Source: Armatimonadota bacterium
GTDB taxonomy: Bacteria; Armatimonadota; HRBIN16
Assembly (NCBI GenBank): GCA_963677485.1
Contig: OY781964.1
Location: forward strand, 1,280,001 to 1,344,000
Length of the DNA stretch: 64,000 bases
Reading direction: 5' to 3'
The notes beneath the pieces are model-generated. The model saw nothing but the letters and a program-made list of their open reading frames with translations, searched no databases and was not told the origin of the DNA. The position numbers and the translations under genes were made by a program. Each line of letters opens with the position of its first letter. The stretch's first letter is position 1. This document shows positions 18,365 to 27,245 of the stretch, piece by piece.

Positions 18365-18385
18365 TTGACAAATAACACAGTATCT
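18365..18385 (+). promoter_or_regulatory. Outward-facing -35 box in the IS right end; forms a promoter with the left-end -10 on circularisation
   Basis: TTGACA (18365-18370), 17-nt spacer across the junction, TATGCT (16598-16603). Confidence 0.8.
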
Positions 18386-18395
18386 ACGGTCAATT

Positions 18396-18524
18396 GTAGG
18401 GGCGCGGTCTCCGCGCCCAATGTATTCCGCGCCCACGGGCGACGGCCGGTCGCCCCTGTGATCATCTGTCTCCCGATTGACGTACGACCTTCCTATTCGC
18501 GTTCATTCGCGTTCATTCGCGGTT
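18396..18524. repeat. REP cluster: GTAG-REP, a second REP-like palindrome and a 10-nt tandem repeat
   Basis: GTAGGGGCGCGGTCTCCGCGCCC; GGGCGACGGCCGGTCGCCCC; (ATTCGCGTTC)x2 followed by ATTCGCGGTT. Confidence 0.7.
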
Positions 18525-18577
18525 AAACATACCCTACCGGAAAAGTGACGAGTAGGACAGGCGGCTGCCCTACCGCG

Positions 18578-20866
18578 TTATTTCGCCGGTTGGATCGTGA
18601 ACCGGTCGATTCGGATGGCTTTGATGTTCGGGTTCACTATCGGTGCCACAAACAAGTACATGCCCGGCGTGAGCTCGATCCCTTTATACACCATCTGCTG
18701 ATAGCCAGGCTTGATATCAGCCACAGTCAGCACACTGGTTGTCGTCTTTTCGGTGATTTTGTTACGTATGCCAAACTGCAGCACGCCATCGGTTGGCTGG
18801 CCGGCTTTACCTTCAGCGGGTATCACCTTCACCTCCAGGCTGACATCTACTTTGGGCCACTTCACCTCACCTTCGTAGATGTGGTGCTGCACGGCCCACT
18901 CGGTATGGCTGCACGGCATCTCCGCGGCGTAGCCGTTGCTGGCTTCTGGGTCCTTCACGATATTGACCCAGTTCCCCTCTTCAGCCAGGTTGAAGTCACC
19001 CTCTTGTGCATCCAGCCAGTCCACCCCTTGGACCCCGCTCACGCCCATCGCTGTGTCCGCTTTGGGATAGCTGGGAGGCGGTGCGATCTTGGCCTTGAGC
19101 TGAGTGCGAAAGCCCTCATCCCACTTACGGCCTTCACTGGGCCAGTTGTTTCCGGTTTGGTTGCTCAAGTCCGTGAAGTGATCCACTATGGTGTCCCAGT
19201 TGATCCCTGGCACCTCTTGATGTGCCTGTGCGAGGTTGCGTTTGGTGTTGATCAACACCAGATCCAGTGCCAGGCGTTGAATCTGCACGCGTTTCAGCAA
19301 CGTCGGGTTGTTCTTGACGGCCGCTTCGGCTTGATCGTATAGCCTCTTGAACTTCGTCAGCTCATCGATGTTGTAGTAGTCCGCATTACCGATGTAGCAC
19401 GAAAGCCGCACACCCGAACGTTTGCGGGCCGCTTCCATCGCCAGCACCGCTTCGAGCAGCGGCTTGCCAGCCGGACCGTAATACCCATCCATGAACTCCT
19501 TCATGATGGGCAGTTCGGGCTGGTAGGGGTTCCACATCAGCTTGGACAGCAGATAGACCTTCAATGGATGCATGGTGGAATCCACGTTGAAGCTGTCGCC
19601 TTGTTCAAACATGCCCACCACGTTGTTCTCAGTGAAGCTGCGCAGGTCGGACCCAAGGATGCTGAAGTTCGGGTGAGGAATGAGATAGCTTGAGAAGTCC
19701 ACGACGTAGTTCCATACATACAGCCGTTTCGCGATCTTTTTCCAGTCCGTAAGGTCCTTATAGAATGACTTATTCTCTGCGGCTGTGATAGGCTTGCCAA
19801 AGTCATTCTCGATGCTGCACAGACGCACAATCACGTTGTCGCGCGGTTTAATGTTGGTAGGCGCATGGCGAGTATACTGGTATGCCAGTGTCTCCACAAG
19901 GAAGTCGGGGTACTGCTTTTCAATTTCAACGGCCACGTCGTTGACGAAGCTGATCAGAGCACCAGATTCGGAGCCAGTCTTCTTGACCAGTTCTTTGCAC
20001 TTGTCACACTGACAAGGACTCATATCGTCATTCTGCGTGATAGAGATCATGCCGGCATCGGGCTGTTTGCGAATGGTGTCCAGCGCGACCTTCACCATCT
20101 CCCGCTTCATATCCTCATTGGTCAGGCACATCTGGGTGTAACCACCGTCACGCTTACCGTTGATCAGCGAATACCACTCAGGATGCTGCGCATAGTATTT
20201 AGCGGCAGGCAGCATTTTGTCGAAGGTATGCACAAATCCCAGCAGGTTGTAATGCCCGCCCATCTCGGGCTTGATCTGTTGATGGTGCCCATTCATGCGC
20301 ATATGCACAGGGAAAAGGTCATCCTTCTGTATCACGTTGTAGAAATAGGCCTCGCGATACATCAGCTTGGGTGTGTAACAAACATTCATGGCTGGCACAG
20401 TGATGGTCTTTAACTTGGGAATACGCTGCGCATCCGGGGCATACCAACGCACGCCCAGTTTCGTCTCCAGCAGCTCCTGCACCGCGTAGATGCTGCCCCT
20501 GGGACGATCACCAGATAGTATCAGGTCGCGGCCAGTGGTGCGGATCAGGATGCCATCACGGCGAAGCTGCTCCCAGTTGAAGCCCTTCATCAGCCGTTTG
20601 ACCACGGCGGTCTGACCCACAAATATCCGCGTGCCTGCGGAGGGTGCAATATCGGTGATTTTCAACCGGGCACCACTCATCTGCTGGATCGTGTCCGCGA
20701 GTTGTTTCGCAGCAAACCGCTCCGGCGCGGTGGCGTCCGTGCCCAGCACGATGGTGGCGGTCGGCTTTCCCGATTTCACGACAGTCAACGGCGAGGCTGC
20801 CTTGGCGGGCAGGCTGGCCAACACCAGCAACGGCAAAATGCACGGAATGAGATCACAGACATTCAT
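18578..20866 (-). CDS. Secreted DUF4838 protein with GH67/GH20-like N-terminal domain (paralog 1)
   Basis: Signal peptide; 'ERFAAKQL', 'RGSIYAV', 'QMCLTN', 'CQCDKC', 'TLAYQYT', 'KLMWNP'. Confidence 0.8.
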   Translation of the reverse strand: MNVCDLIPCILPLLVLASLPAKAASPLTVVKSGKPTATIVLGTDATAPERFAAKQLADTIQQMSGARLKITDIAPSAGTRIFVGQTAVVKRLMKGFNWEQLRRDGILIRTTGRDLILSGDRPRGSIYAVQELLETKLGVRWYAPDAQRIPKLKTITVPAMNVCYTPKLMYREAYFYNVIQKDDLFPVHMRMNGHHQQIKPEMGGHYNLLGFVHTFDKMLPAAKYYAQHPEWYSLINGKRDGGYTQMCLTNEDMKREMVKVALDTIRKQPDAGMISITQNDDMSPCQCDKCKELVKKTGSESGALISFVNDVAVEIEKQYPDFLVETLAYQYTRHAPTNIKPRDNVIVRLCSIENDFGKPITAAENKSFYKDLTDWKKIAKRLYVWNYVVDFSSYLIPHPNFSILGSDLRSFTENNVVGMFEQGDSFNVDSTMHPLKVYLLSKLMWNPYQPELPIMKEFMDGYYGPAGKPLLEAVLAMEAARKRSGVRLSCYIGNADYYNIDELTKFKRLYDQAEAAVKNNPTLLKRVQIQRLALDLVLINTKRNLAQAHQEVPGINWDTIVDHFTDLSNQTGNNWPSEGRKWDEGFRTQLKAKIAPPPSYPKADTAMGVSGVQGVDWLDAQEGDFNLAEEGNWVNIVKDPEASNGYAAEMPCSHTEWAVQHHIYEGEVKWPKVDVSLEVKVIPAEGKAGQPTDGVLQFGIRNKITEKTTTSVLTVADIKPGYQQMVYKGIELTPGMYLFVAPIVNPNIKAIRIDRFTIQPAK

Positions 20867-20965
20867 GGCGGAGTTCTCCTGACATATATCGGCGATAAAA
20901 TTATCGGACGGATGGGACGGATCCGACCTATATGCCCGATCCGTCCAAACATCCTATTTGTTGCG

Positions 20966-23260
20966 TTACTTCGAAGGCTGCGCTGCGAAGCGGTCAACGC
21001 GAACCGCTTTGATGCCGGGGTTGACCACAGGCGCGGCGTAGAGATACATCCCCACCTTCGGTGCGATGCCCTTCAACACCATACTCTGGTAACCCTGCTT
21101 GATGTCAGCCACCGTCACCGTCCTCTCCACCGCCTTCTTAGTGATGGTGTTGTACACGCCAAAACTCAACACCCCGTCCTGAGGGTTCAGTTTTGCGCCT
21201 TCCACCGGTATCACCCGGAACTCGATGCTGACGTCGGTCAAAGGCCAGCGGAGATCGGACTCTTTCCCGAAGTATTGGATAGCCCACTGGTTGTGTGTGT
21301 TCGGCATCTCCAACGCACAGCCATCACTGGCGGCTTCATCGGACACGACGCTCACCCACTTGCCCTCTTCCGCCAGATTGACCTCGTCATCCTGGATATC
21401 AATCCAGTCTTTACCCTCCACGCCGGTGACGCCCATCGCGGCGGTGGCTTTATGAACGGACGGCATCTTCTTCGTGCGTGACCTTAGCAGCGTTCGGTAA
21501 CTCTCATCCCACAGTCGGCCTTCATGAATCCAGTTGTTACCGGTGGTGTTGCTGAGGTCGACGAAGTGGTCGACCAGCTTCGGCCAATCGGTACCGGGCA
21601 CTATCTGTTGGTTTCGGGCAAATGATCGCATGGTCAACAGACAGAGATGGTCAAACGCCAGCCTCTGAACCTGCACACGCTCCAGCAGCTCCGCATCATT
21701 AGCCACGGCGGCTTCGGCTTGATCGAAACAGCTTTTCAGGGCTACCATGTCCTTCATGGTGTATATGGTGCTTGGTGCGGGCATAAAGCACGACAGCTTC
21801 GTCTTGGGCGATCGCTGCACCACCGCCTCGAACGTGGTGAGTGCTTTCAGCATCGGCTTGCCAGCCGCTCCGTAGTAACCGTTCATGAACTCTTTGATAA
21901 TCGGCTGCTCCGGCTGATTGGGGTTCCACATCAACTTAGCCAGCAGATAGGTCTTGAGCGGCTGCATAGAGGCGGCTGCGTTGAAGCTGTCGCCCTGTTC
22001 AAACATGCCGACGACGTTGTTCTCTGTGTAGGTTCGCAGGTCGGCTCCCAGGTTGGTGATGTTTGGGTGGGGTATCAAGTAGTTCGAGAAGTTGACCACA
22101 TAGTTCCAAACATATAGTCGTTTGGAAATCTTACGCCAGTCCGTCAGGTCCTTGTAGAAGTCCGCGTTTTGGGCAGCGGTAATGGGTCTGCCAAAGTCGT
22201 TCTCGATGCTGCACAAACGCACAATCACGTTGTCTCGCGGTTTGATATTAGTGGGAGCCTTGCGTGTGTACTGGTAAGCCAGCGTCTCCACCAGGAAGTC
22301 CGGATACTGCTTCTCAATCTCCGCCGCGACGTCATTGACAAAGCTGATGAAGGCACCCGATTCGCTGCCGGTCTGCTTGACCAGCCGCTTGCAGTTGTCG
22401 CACTGGCATGGGTTGAAGCTGTCGTTCTGAGAGATAGAGATCATGCCAGCATCGGGCTGCTTTTCGATCCACGCCAGCGCGTTCTTCACCAGCTCGCGCT
22501 TCATGTCGGGGTTGGTCAGGCACAACTGCGAATCCTTGTCCACACGCTTGCCGTTGTTGAGTGCATACCACTCCGGGTGTTCCGCGAAGTATTTATCCGG
22601 CGGCAGCAGCGGATAGGAGGTATGCACAAAGCCCAACAGCGTATAATGGCCGCCCATATCGGTGTTGATCTGTTGATGATGCCCGTTCATCCGCATATGC
22701 AGCGCGAACAGGCCATCTTTCCCCTGCACGCTGTGATAGTACGCCTCGCGATACATCAGCTTGGGGGTATAACAGACATCCATGTCAGGCAGCGATATTG
22801 TGCTCTTTTTAGGGATGCGTGTGGCATCGGCAGCAAACCAGCGCACACCCATCTTCGTCTCAAGCAGTTCCTGCACGGCGTAGATGCTGCCACGCGGACG
22901 GTCGCCCGCCAGCACAAGGTCACTACCCACCCTGCGGATGAGTATCCCATCGCGGCGTAGCTGCTCCCAGTTGAACCCGTTCAGCAACCGCTTGACAGAC
23001 GCTGTCTGACCAACATATATCATTGTTCCTGTCGCAGGTTCGGTATCAGTCACTGCCAGGCGTGCTCCACTGATCTGCTCGATCGTGTCCGCAAGCTGTT
23101 CGGCTGCAAATCGCTCTGGTGCGGTGGCGTCATCACCCAGCACGATGGTGGCCATGGGCATCCCATCCTTGACGAGGGTCATCGGTTGAGCAGCCCTGGC
23201 AGACACACTGGCTAACACCAGCAGTGGCAATAAAAGCGGAACCAGATCAAACGCATTCAT
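20966..23260 (-). CDS. Secreted DUF4838 protein (paralog 2)
   Basis: Same motifs, collinear with paralog 1. Confidence 0.8.
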   Translation of the reverse strand: MNAFDLVPLLLPLLVLASVSARAAQPMTLVKDGMPMATIVLGDDATAPERFAAEQLADTIEQISGARLAVTDTEPATGTMIYVGQTASVKRLLNGFNWEQLRRDGILIRRVGSDLVLAGDRPRGSIYAVQELLETKMGVRWFAADATRIPKKSTISLPDMDVCYTPKLMYREAYYHSVQGKDGLFALHMRMNGHHQQINTDMGGHYTLLGFVHTSYPLLPPDKYFAEHPEWYALNNGKRVDKDSQLCLTNPDMKRELVKNALAWIEKQPDAGMISISQNDSFNPCQCDNCKRLVKQTGSESGAFISFVNDVAAEIEKQYPDFLVETLAYQYTRKAPTNIKPRDNVIVRLCSIENDFGRPITAAQNADFYKDLTDWRKISKRLYVWNYVVNFSNYLIPHPNITNLGADLRTYTENNVVGMFEQGDSFNAAASMQPLKTYLLAKLMWNPNQPEQPIIKEFMNGYYGAAGKPMLKALTTFEAVVQRSPKTKLSCFMPAPSTIYTMKDMVALKSCFDQAEAAVANDAELLERVQVQRLAFDHLCLLTMRSFARNQQIVPGTDWPKLVDHFVDLSNTTGNNWIHEGRLWDESYRTLLRSRTKKMPSVHKATAAMGVTGVEGKDWIDIQDDEVNLAEEGKWVSVVSDEAASDGCALEMPNTHNQWAIQYFGKESDLRWPLTDVSIEFRVIPVEGAKLNPQDGVLSFGVYNTITKKAVERTVTVADIKQGYQSMVLKGIAPKVGMYLYAAPVVNPGIKAVRVDRFAAQPSK

Positions 23261-23337
23261 GCTAGATCACTCCTCATATTCAAGCACAGAAATCAGACGG
23301 ATCAACCTATTCGGGCTGACCCGTCTGACATGTCTGA

Positions 23338-25617
23338 TTACTTCGCCGGTTGCACGGTAAACCGGTCGATACGGATGGCTTTCACCGCGGAGTTGACCTC
23401 CGGTGCAGCCCAGATATACGCCTTGGAATTTATCTTTACGCCTGATATCACCAGGCGTTGGTACCCAGGCTTCACATCCGCCAGCCGAAGGATCACATTG
23501 TAATCACTGCTGTTGTTAGGGTCATACACACCCAGCCTGAGAACCGCGCTCTGAGGGTCACCCTGAACGCCATCCGCCAGGATCACGCGGTACTCCATCG
23601 ACACATCCGCCTTGGGCCACTTCACATCGCCCTGCTCAAATGCATGCTGCACGGCCCACTGGGTATGGGTGTTGGGCATCTGAGCCGCCGCGCCGTTACT
23701 CGCCAGCGGATCGCTCACCACCGAAACCCAGTCGCCCTCGTTGAAGAGCTCGAACTTATCTTCCTGGTAGTCAAACCAGTCCACGCCCTCTTTACCACTG
23801 ACGCCCATCGCTGTTTGTGCTTTACCAAAGTTGTACACAGGCGGAGGGGCGATGCTGCGCAGCAGCACATTGCGGTACTCGTCATTCCACAGACCGCCTT
23901 CGCGCACCCAGTTATTGGCGGTTTTATTGCTCAGGTCGATGAAGTGGTTGACGGTCTTCGTCCAGTCTATGCCCGCCACTTCCTGATGTTTGCGATTCAT
24001 AGAGCGTTTCGTGATGATCAACAGATGGTCGATAGCCAGCCGCTGTATCTGCACCCGTTTCAGCAGCACAGGGGTATTCTTCACGGCAGCTTCCGCCTGA
24101 TCGAAGCTGCTCTTCAGGCTGCGCAGATCATCGATGGTGTAGTAATCCGGCGAGGTCATGTAGCAGGTCAGACGGCCTTTACTGCGCTGCACTGCCGCTT
24201 CCATGGTCATCACAGCCTTCAGCATCGGCTTTCCGGCTGCACCGTAATAGCCGTCAAGGAACTCTTTGATGATGGGCATTTCGGCCTGGTTGGGGTTCCA
24301 CATCAGCTTGGTCAGCAGATAGGTCTTCAGCGGGGCCATGGCGGCGGTGGCGTTGTAGTTATCGCCTTGCTCGAAGATGCCCACCACGTTGTTCTCGGTA
24401 AAGGTGCGCAGGTCCGGTCCCAGCGGGGTGATGTTGGGATGCGGGATGGTGAAGCTAGCAAAGTTAACCACGTAGTTCCAGATGTAAAGCCTCTTGGCCA
24501 GCTTCTGCCAGTCCTTAAGGTCCTTGTAGAAGCTTGCATTCGATGCGGCGGTGATCGGGCGGCCGAAGTCGTTCTCGATGCTGCACAGCCGCACAATCAC
24601 GTTATCGCGTGGTTTGATGTTTTTCGGAGCGCTGCGAGTGTACTGATACGCCAGCGTCTCCACCAAAAAGTCGGGGTATTGCTTTTCAATGGCGGCTGCC
24701 ACATCGTTGATGGCGCTAATCAGTGCGCCAGACTGGCTGCCGGTCTGCTTCACCAACGCCTGGCACTGCGGGCATTCGCATGGCCCAAGCCAGTCATTCT
24801 GCGAAATAGAGATGATCCCCGCTTCGGGGTTCTTCTTAATCCAGCTTAGAGCTTTCTTGACCAGCTCCGCTTTCATTTCCTCATTACTCCAGCACAACTG
24901 AGACCCTTCCGCCCGTCTGGCTCCGCCTAAGAACCCGTACCACTCGGGGTGCTTACCGAAGTAGTCCTTCGGCGGCAGCAGCTCAAACGACGTGTGGCAC
25001 CAGCCCAGCAAAGAGTAATGGCCACCCATCTTCTCAGGGATGGATTGGTGATGGCCGTTCGCCCTGACATGCACCGCAAATGGCGCAACATGGGTCGCGA
25101 GCGTGAAGAACGGCTCGCGATACATTAGCTTAGGTGTGTAGCTTTTGTTGAGGGCCGGTAGTGTGATTGTGCTCTTTTTGATGATGCGTGTGGCATCGGG
25201 AGCCCAGTATCGCACACCAAGCTGGGTTTCCAGCAGTTCCTGCACCGCGTAGATGCTTCCACGAGGCCGGTCACCAGATAATACCAGGTCTTTGCCAACC
25301 GTGCGCAGCAAGATGCCATCACGCCGCAGCTTCTGCCAGTCGAAGTTTTTCACCAACTTTCGCGCATAGGCGGTCTGCCCTATGAAAATGCGGGTTCCTG
25401 AGCTGGGGGCCTTGTCAGTCACGGGCAGCTTGGCCCCGCTGATCTGCTGGATCGTCTTCGCCAGCTCCGCGGCGGCAAACCGCTCCGGTGCGGTGGCATC
25501 CTGACCCAGCACGATGGTGGCGGTGGGTTTACCAGATTGTACAATGCTCATTTGCGGTGCGGCTTGAGCCTGCATCCCGGCGATACATAACATGGGAACG
25601 AGAAGAGATATTCGCAT
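23338..25617 (-). CDS. Secreted DUF4838 protein (paralog 3)
   Basis: Same motifs; ATG 25617 follows AGGAG. Confidence 0.8.
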   Translation of the reverse strand: MRISLLVPMLCIAGMQAQAAPQMSIVQSGKPTATIVLGQDATAPERFAAAELAKTIQQISGAKLPVTDKAPSSGTRIFIGQTAYARKLVKNFDWQKLRRDGILLRTVGKDLVLSGDRPRGSIYAVQELLETQLGVRYWAPDATRIIKKSTITLPALNKSYTPKLMYREPFFTLATHVAPFAVHVRANGHHQSIPEKMGGHYSLLGWCHTSFELLPPKDYFGKHPEWYGFLGGARRAEGSQLCWSNEEMKAELVKKALSWIKKNPEAGIISISQNDWLGPCECPQCQALVKQTGSQSGALISAINDVAAAIEKQYPDFLVETLAYQYTRSAPKNIKPRDNVIVRLCSIENDFGRPITAASNASFYKDLKDWQKLAKRLYIWNYVVNFASFTIPHPNITPLGPDLRTFTENNVVGIFEQGDNYNATAAMAPLKTYLLTKLMWNPNQAEMPIIKEFLDGYYGAAGKPMLKAVMTMEAAVQRSKGRLTCYMTSPDYYTIDDLRSLKSSFDQAEAAVKNTPVLLKRVQIQRLAIDHLLIITKRSMNRKHQEVAGIDWTKTVNHFIDLSNKTANNWVREGGLWNDEYRNVLLRSIAPPPVYNFGKAQTAMGVSGKEGVDWFDYQEDKFELFNEGDWVSVVSDPLASNGAAAQMPNTHTQWAVQHAFEQGDVKWPKADVSMEYRVILADGVQGDPQSAVLRLGVYDPNNSSDYNVILRLADVKPGYQRLVISGVKINSKAYIWAAPEVNSAVKAIRIDRFTVQPAK

Positions 25618-25762
25618 TTGTGCTACTCCTATGTGCGCGAAGACTGGACATGTTAAGTTAATGATGCCATCCATCGGAAGATATTACAATGATGCTGCGT
25701 CAATAACTCCGCCATAGGCGATGATCATGCATTAGTCCATAGTCGGTAATGCTGCTGAGGCT

Positions 25763-25998
25763 TCCGGCACCCACGGAGTGGGTAAGATTCTTATAGCCAC
25801 GGGTAAGCGCCAGCGCAACCCGTGGAACGCAACCAAAAACCTTCTACCCCGAAGTGGGTCGTCTTCGGTGACTTGACAAAACGGCTACCACGAATAGGTG
25901 CGACCCACTTCGGGGTAGGAATGATGCGCCGATTCCAGGGGTATCGCTTCGCTCACCACTGGCTATAAGAACTGCTACCCACTTCGTGGGTGCCCGGA
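25763..25998. repeat. ~235-bp palindromic REPIN/MITE-like element
   Basis: Outer arms CACCCACGGAGTGGGTA..TTATAGCCA / TGGCTATAA..TACCCACTTCGTGGGTG; inner arms TACCCCGAAGTGGGTCG / CGACCCACTTCGGGGTA; a half-copy lies at 52628-52730. Confidence 0.7.
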
Positions 25999-26274
25999 GG
26001 GATGCATGAAGGCGTTACGCATATGCTGAACAGAAATTGGCAGTATAATCTGATGGCTGAGTAGTTACGACATGGAAGTAAAGTCGGCCTGATGGGCGTT
26101 GGCCCGTGATCATCAAACTGCCACCCAATCGGCATCACCATAAACTGCTCACCCACAAAAGCCCCATCATCCCTCGTAAAAATACTTAAGGAGTTGTCAG
26201 TTAGGGCGGGGATGGTGTAAACTACTATTTGCGTATATCGTCTTAGTGCTACCACAGCAGGAGCGATTCACAAG

Positions 26275-26676
26275 ATGTTTCCGTTTTCAGGCTTAGGAAC
26301 CCCAGAAATCATCAGCATCATGTTATTGGCGTTGCTGGTGTTTGGCCCCAAGAAACTACCCGAAGTGGGGCGGTCGGTAGGTAAAGCGATTCGTGAGTTT
26401 CGTAAGAACTCACAGGAAATCGCTGAATCCTTCAAGGTGGATGTGGATTTAGATACTACGACCAATAGCCAAAACGAATATGTCTCACAATATGGCAGTT
26501 ATTACGGCACAGGTGCTGACAGTTCCGAATCGGGCGGCGGTGATTTCACACAACCATCCAGCCCGGAGCCAGAGCCCCAGACTGTGTCCGATCCAGCACC
26601 AGATCGAACGAATACCTATCGAGCAATCGCCCGCGGACGAACCTCTAAAGGCAGCTCATCTCGGAGGAGAGTATAA
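26275..26676 (+). CDS. tatA: Twin-arginine translocase TatA/TatB-family subunit
   Basis: 'GLGTPE...ALLVFGPKKLPEVGRSVGKAIREFRK'. Confidence 0.85.
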   Translation: MFPFSGLGTPEIISIMLLALLVFGPKKLPEVGRSVGKAIREFRKNSQEIAESFKVDVDLDTTTNSQNEYVSQYGSYYGTGADSSESGGGDFTQPSSPEPEPQTVSDPAPDRTNTYRAIARGRTSKGSSSRRRV

Positions 26677-26907
26677 ATGTTTCTTAATGCACTTATTGGG
26701 TTACAGGTCATCACCGCTGTCTTTCTTATAGTGGTCGTCGCACTGCAGACCTCTAAAAATGAAGGATTGGGCGGGGCGATCAGCGGCCAAACCAGCAGCT
26801 CATTCCGCGGCAAACTCGGCCGTGAAGAACAGTTGGGCATGGTCACTAAGTATGTGGCTGTAAGCTTTTTCGTACTCAGCATCATTGTGGCTGTGATTGC
26901 CAAGTAG
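26677..26907 (+). CDS. secG: Preprotein translocase subunit SecG
   Basis: Two TM helices with 'LQTSKNEGLGGAISG'. Confidence 0.88.
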   Translation: MFLNALIGLQVITAVFLIVVVALQTSKNEGLGGAISGQTSSSFRGKLGREEQLGMVTKYVAVSFFVLSIIVAVIAK

Positions 26908-26939
26908 GTTTTCGACAGCGCATTGTATTCATTTTGTAA

Positions 26940-27020
26940 GTAGGGGCGTCCCTTGTGGGCTCCCAAAACAAGAACTACCGATTGAACAACGATTAAGGCG
27001 CCCACAAGGGACGCCCCTAC
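26940..27020. repeat. GTAG-REP doublet (REPIN-like)
   Basis: 20-bp perfect IR GTAGGGGCGTCCCTTGTGGG / CCCACAAGGGACGCCCCTAC. Confidence 0.8.
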
Positions 27021-27028
27021 GACAGTAT

Positions 27029-27089
27029 CTCAGCATCATCGTAGCCGTGATTGCCAAGTAGATCTCCGACAATGTATTGTGTTCATTCT
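27029..27089 (+). repeat. Diverged direct repeat of the secG 3' end and downstream sequence (copy of 26875-26935)
   Basis: 50/61 identity; still encodes LSIIVAVIAK-stop. Confidence 0.85.
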
Positions 27090-27120
27090 AACCACCTGAA
27101 GTACATTTCAGGTGGTTTTT
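27090..27120 (+). terminator. Rho-independent terminator
   Basis: AACCACCTGAA..TTCAGGTGGTT followed by T-tract. Confidence 0.75.
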
Positions 27121-27245
27121 GTCATTAGTGCCCGCAACTCGTGCATCCTCTCGCACATCATTGTACAATCTTCAGATAGAGCAGATATGCTAATTACCGT
27201 CTATAAACGGCGCGCGTTCCTATACAGATGGAGGAATTCACTATT

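Larger units (their letters stand above)
16594..18385 (+). mobile_element. IS110-family insertion sequence (IS621-like) flanked by a CT core at both ends
   Basis: Left junction cgcgccc-CT-tgtat; right junction acagtat-CT-acgg; removing the element restores a perfect REP. Confidence 0.92.

Noticed and set aside
18495-18524. Short tandem repeats (also 52499-52530, 55222-55264) as a possible CRISPR array
   Set aside because: Units of 10-15 nt without unique spacers, and no cas genes
23458-24849. 463-aa + strand ORF and similar ORFs opposite the DUF4838 genes
   Set aside because: Antisense shadows that recur because the real genes are paralogous
26908-27120. tRNA expected downstream of secG
   Set aside because: No cloverleaf or T-loop found; the region is REP, repeat and terminator
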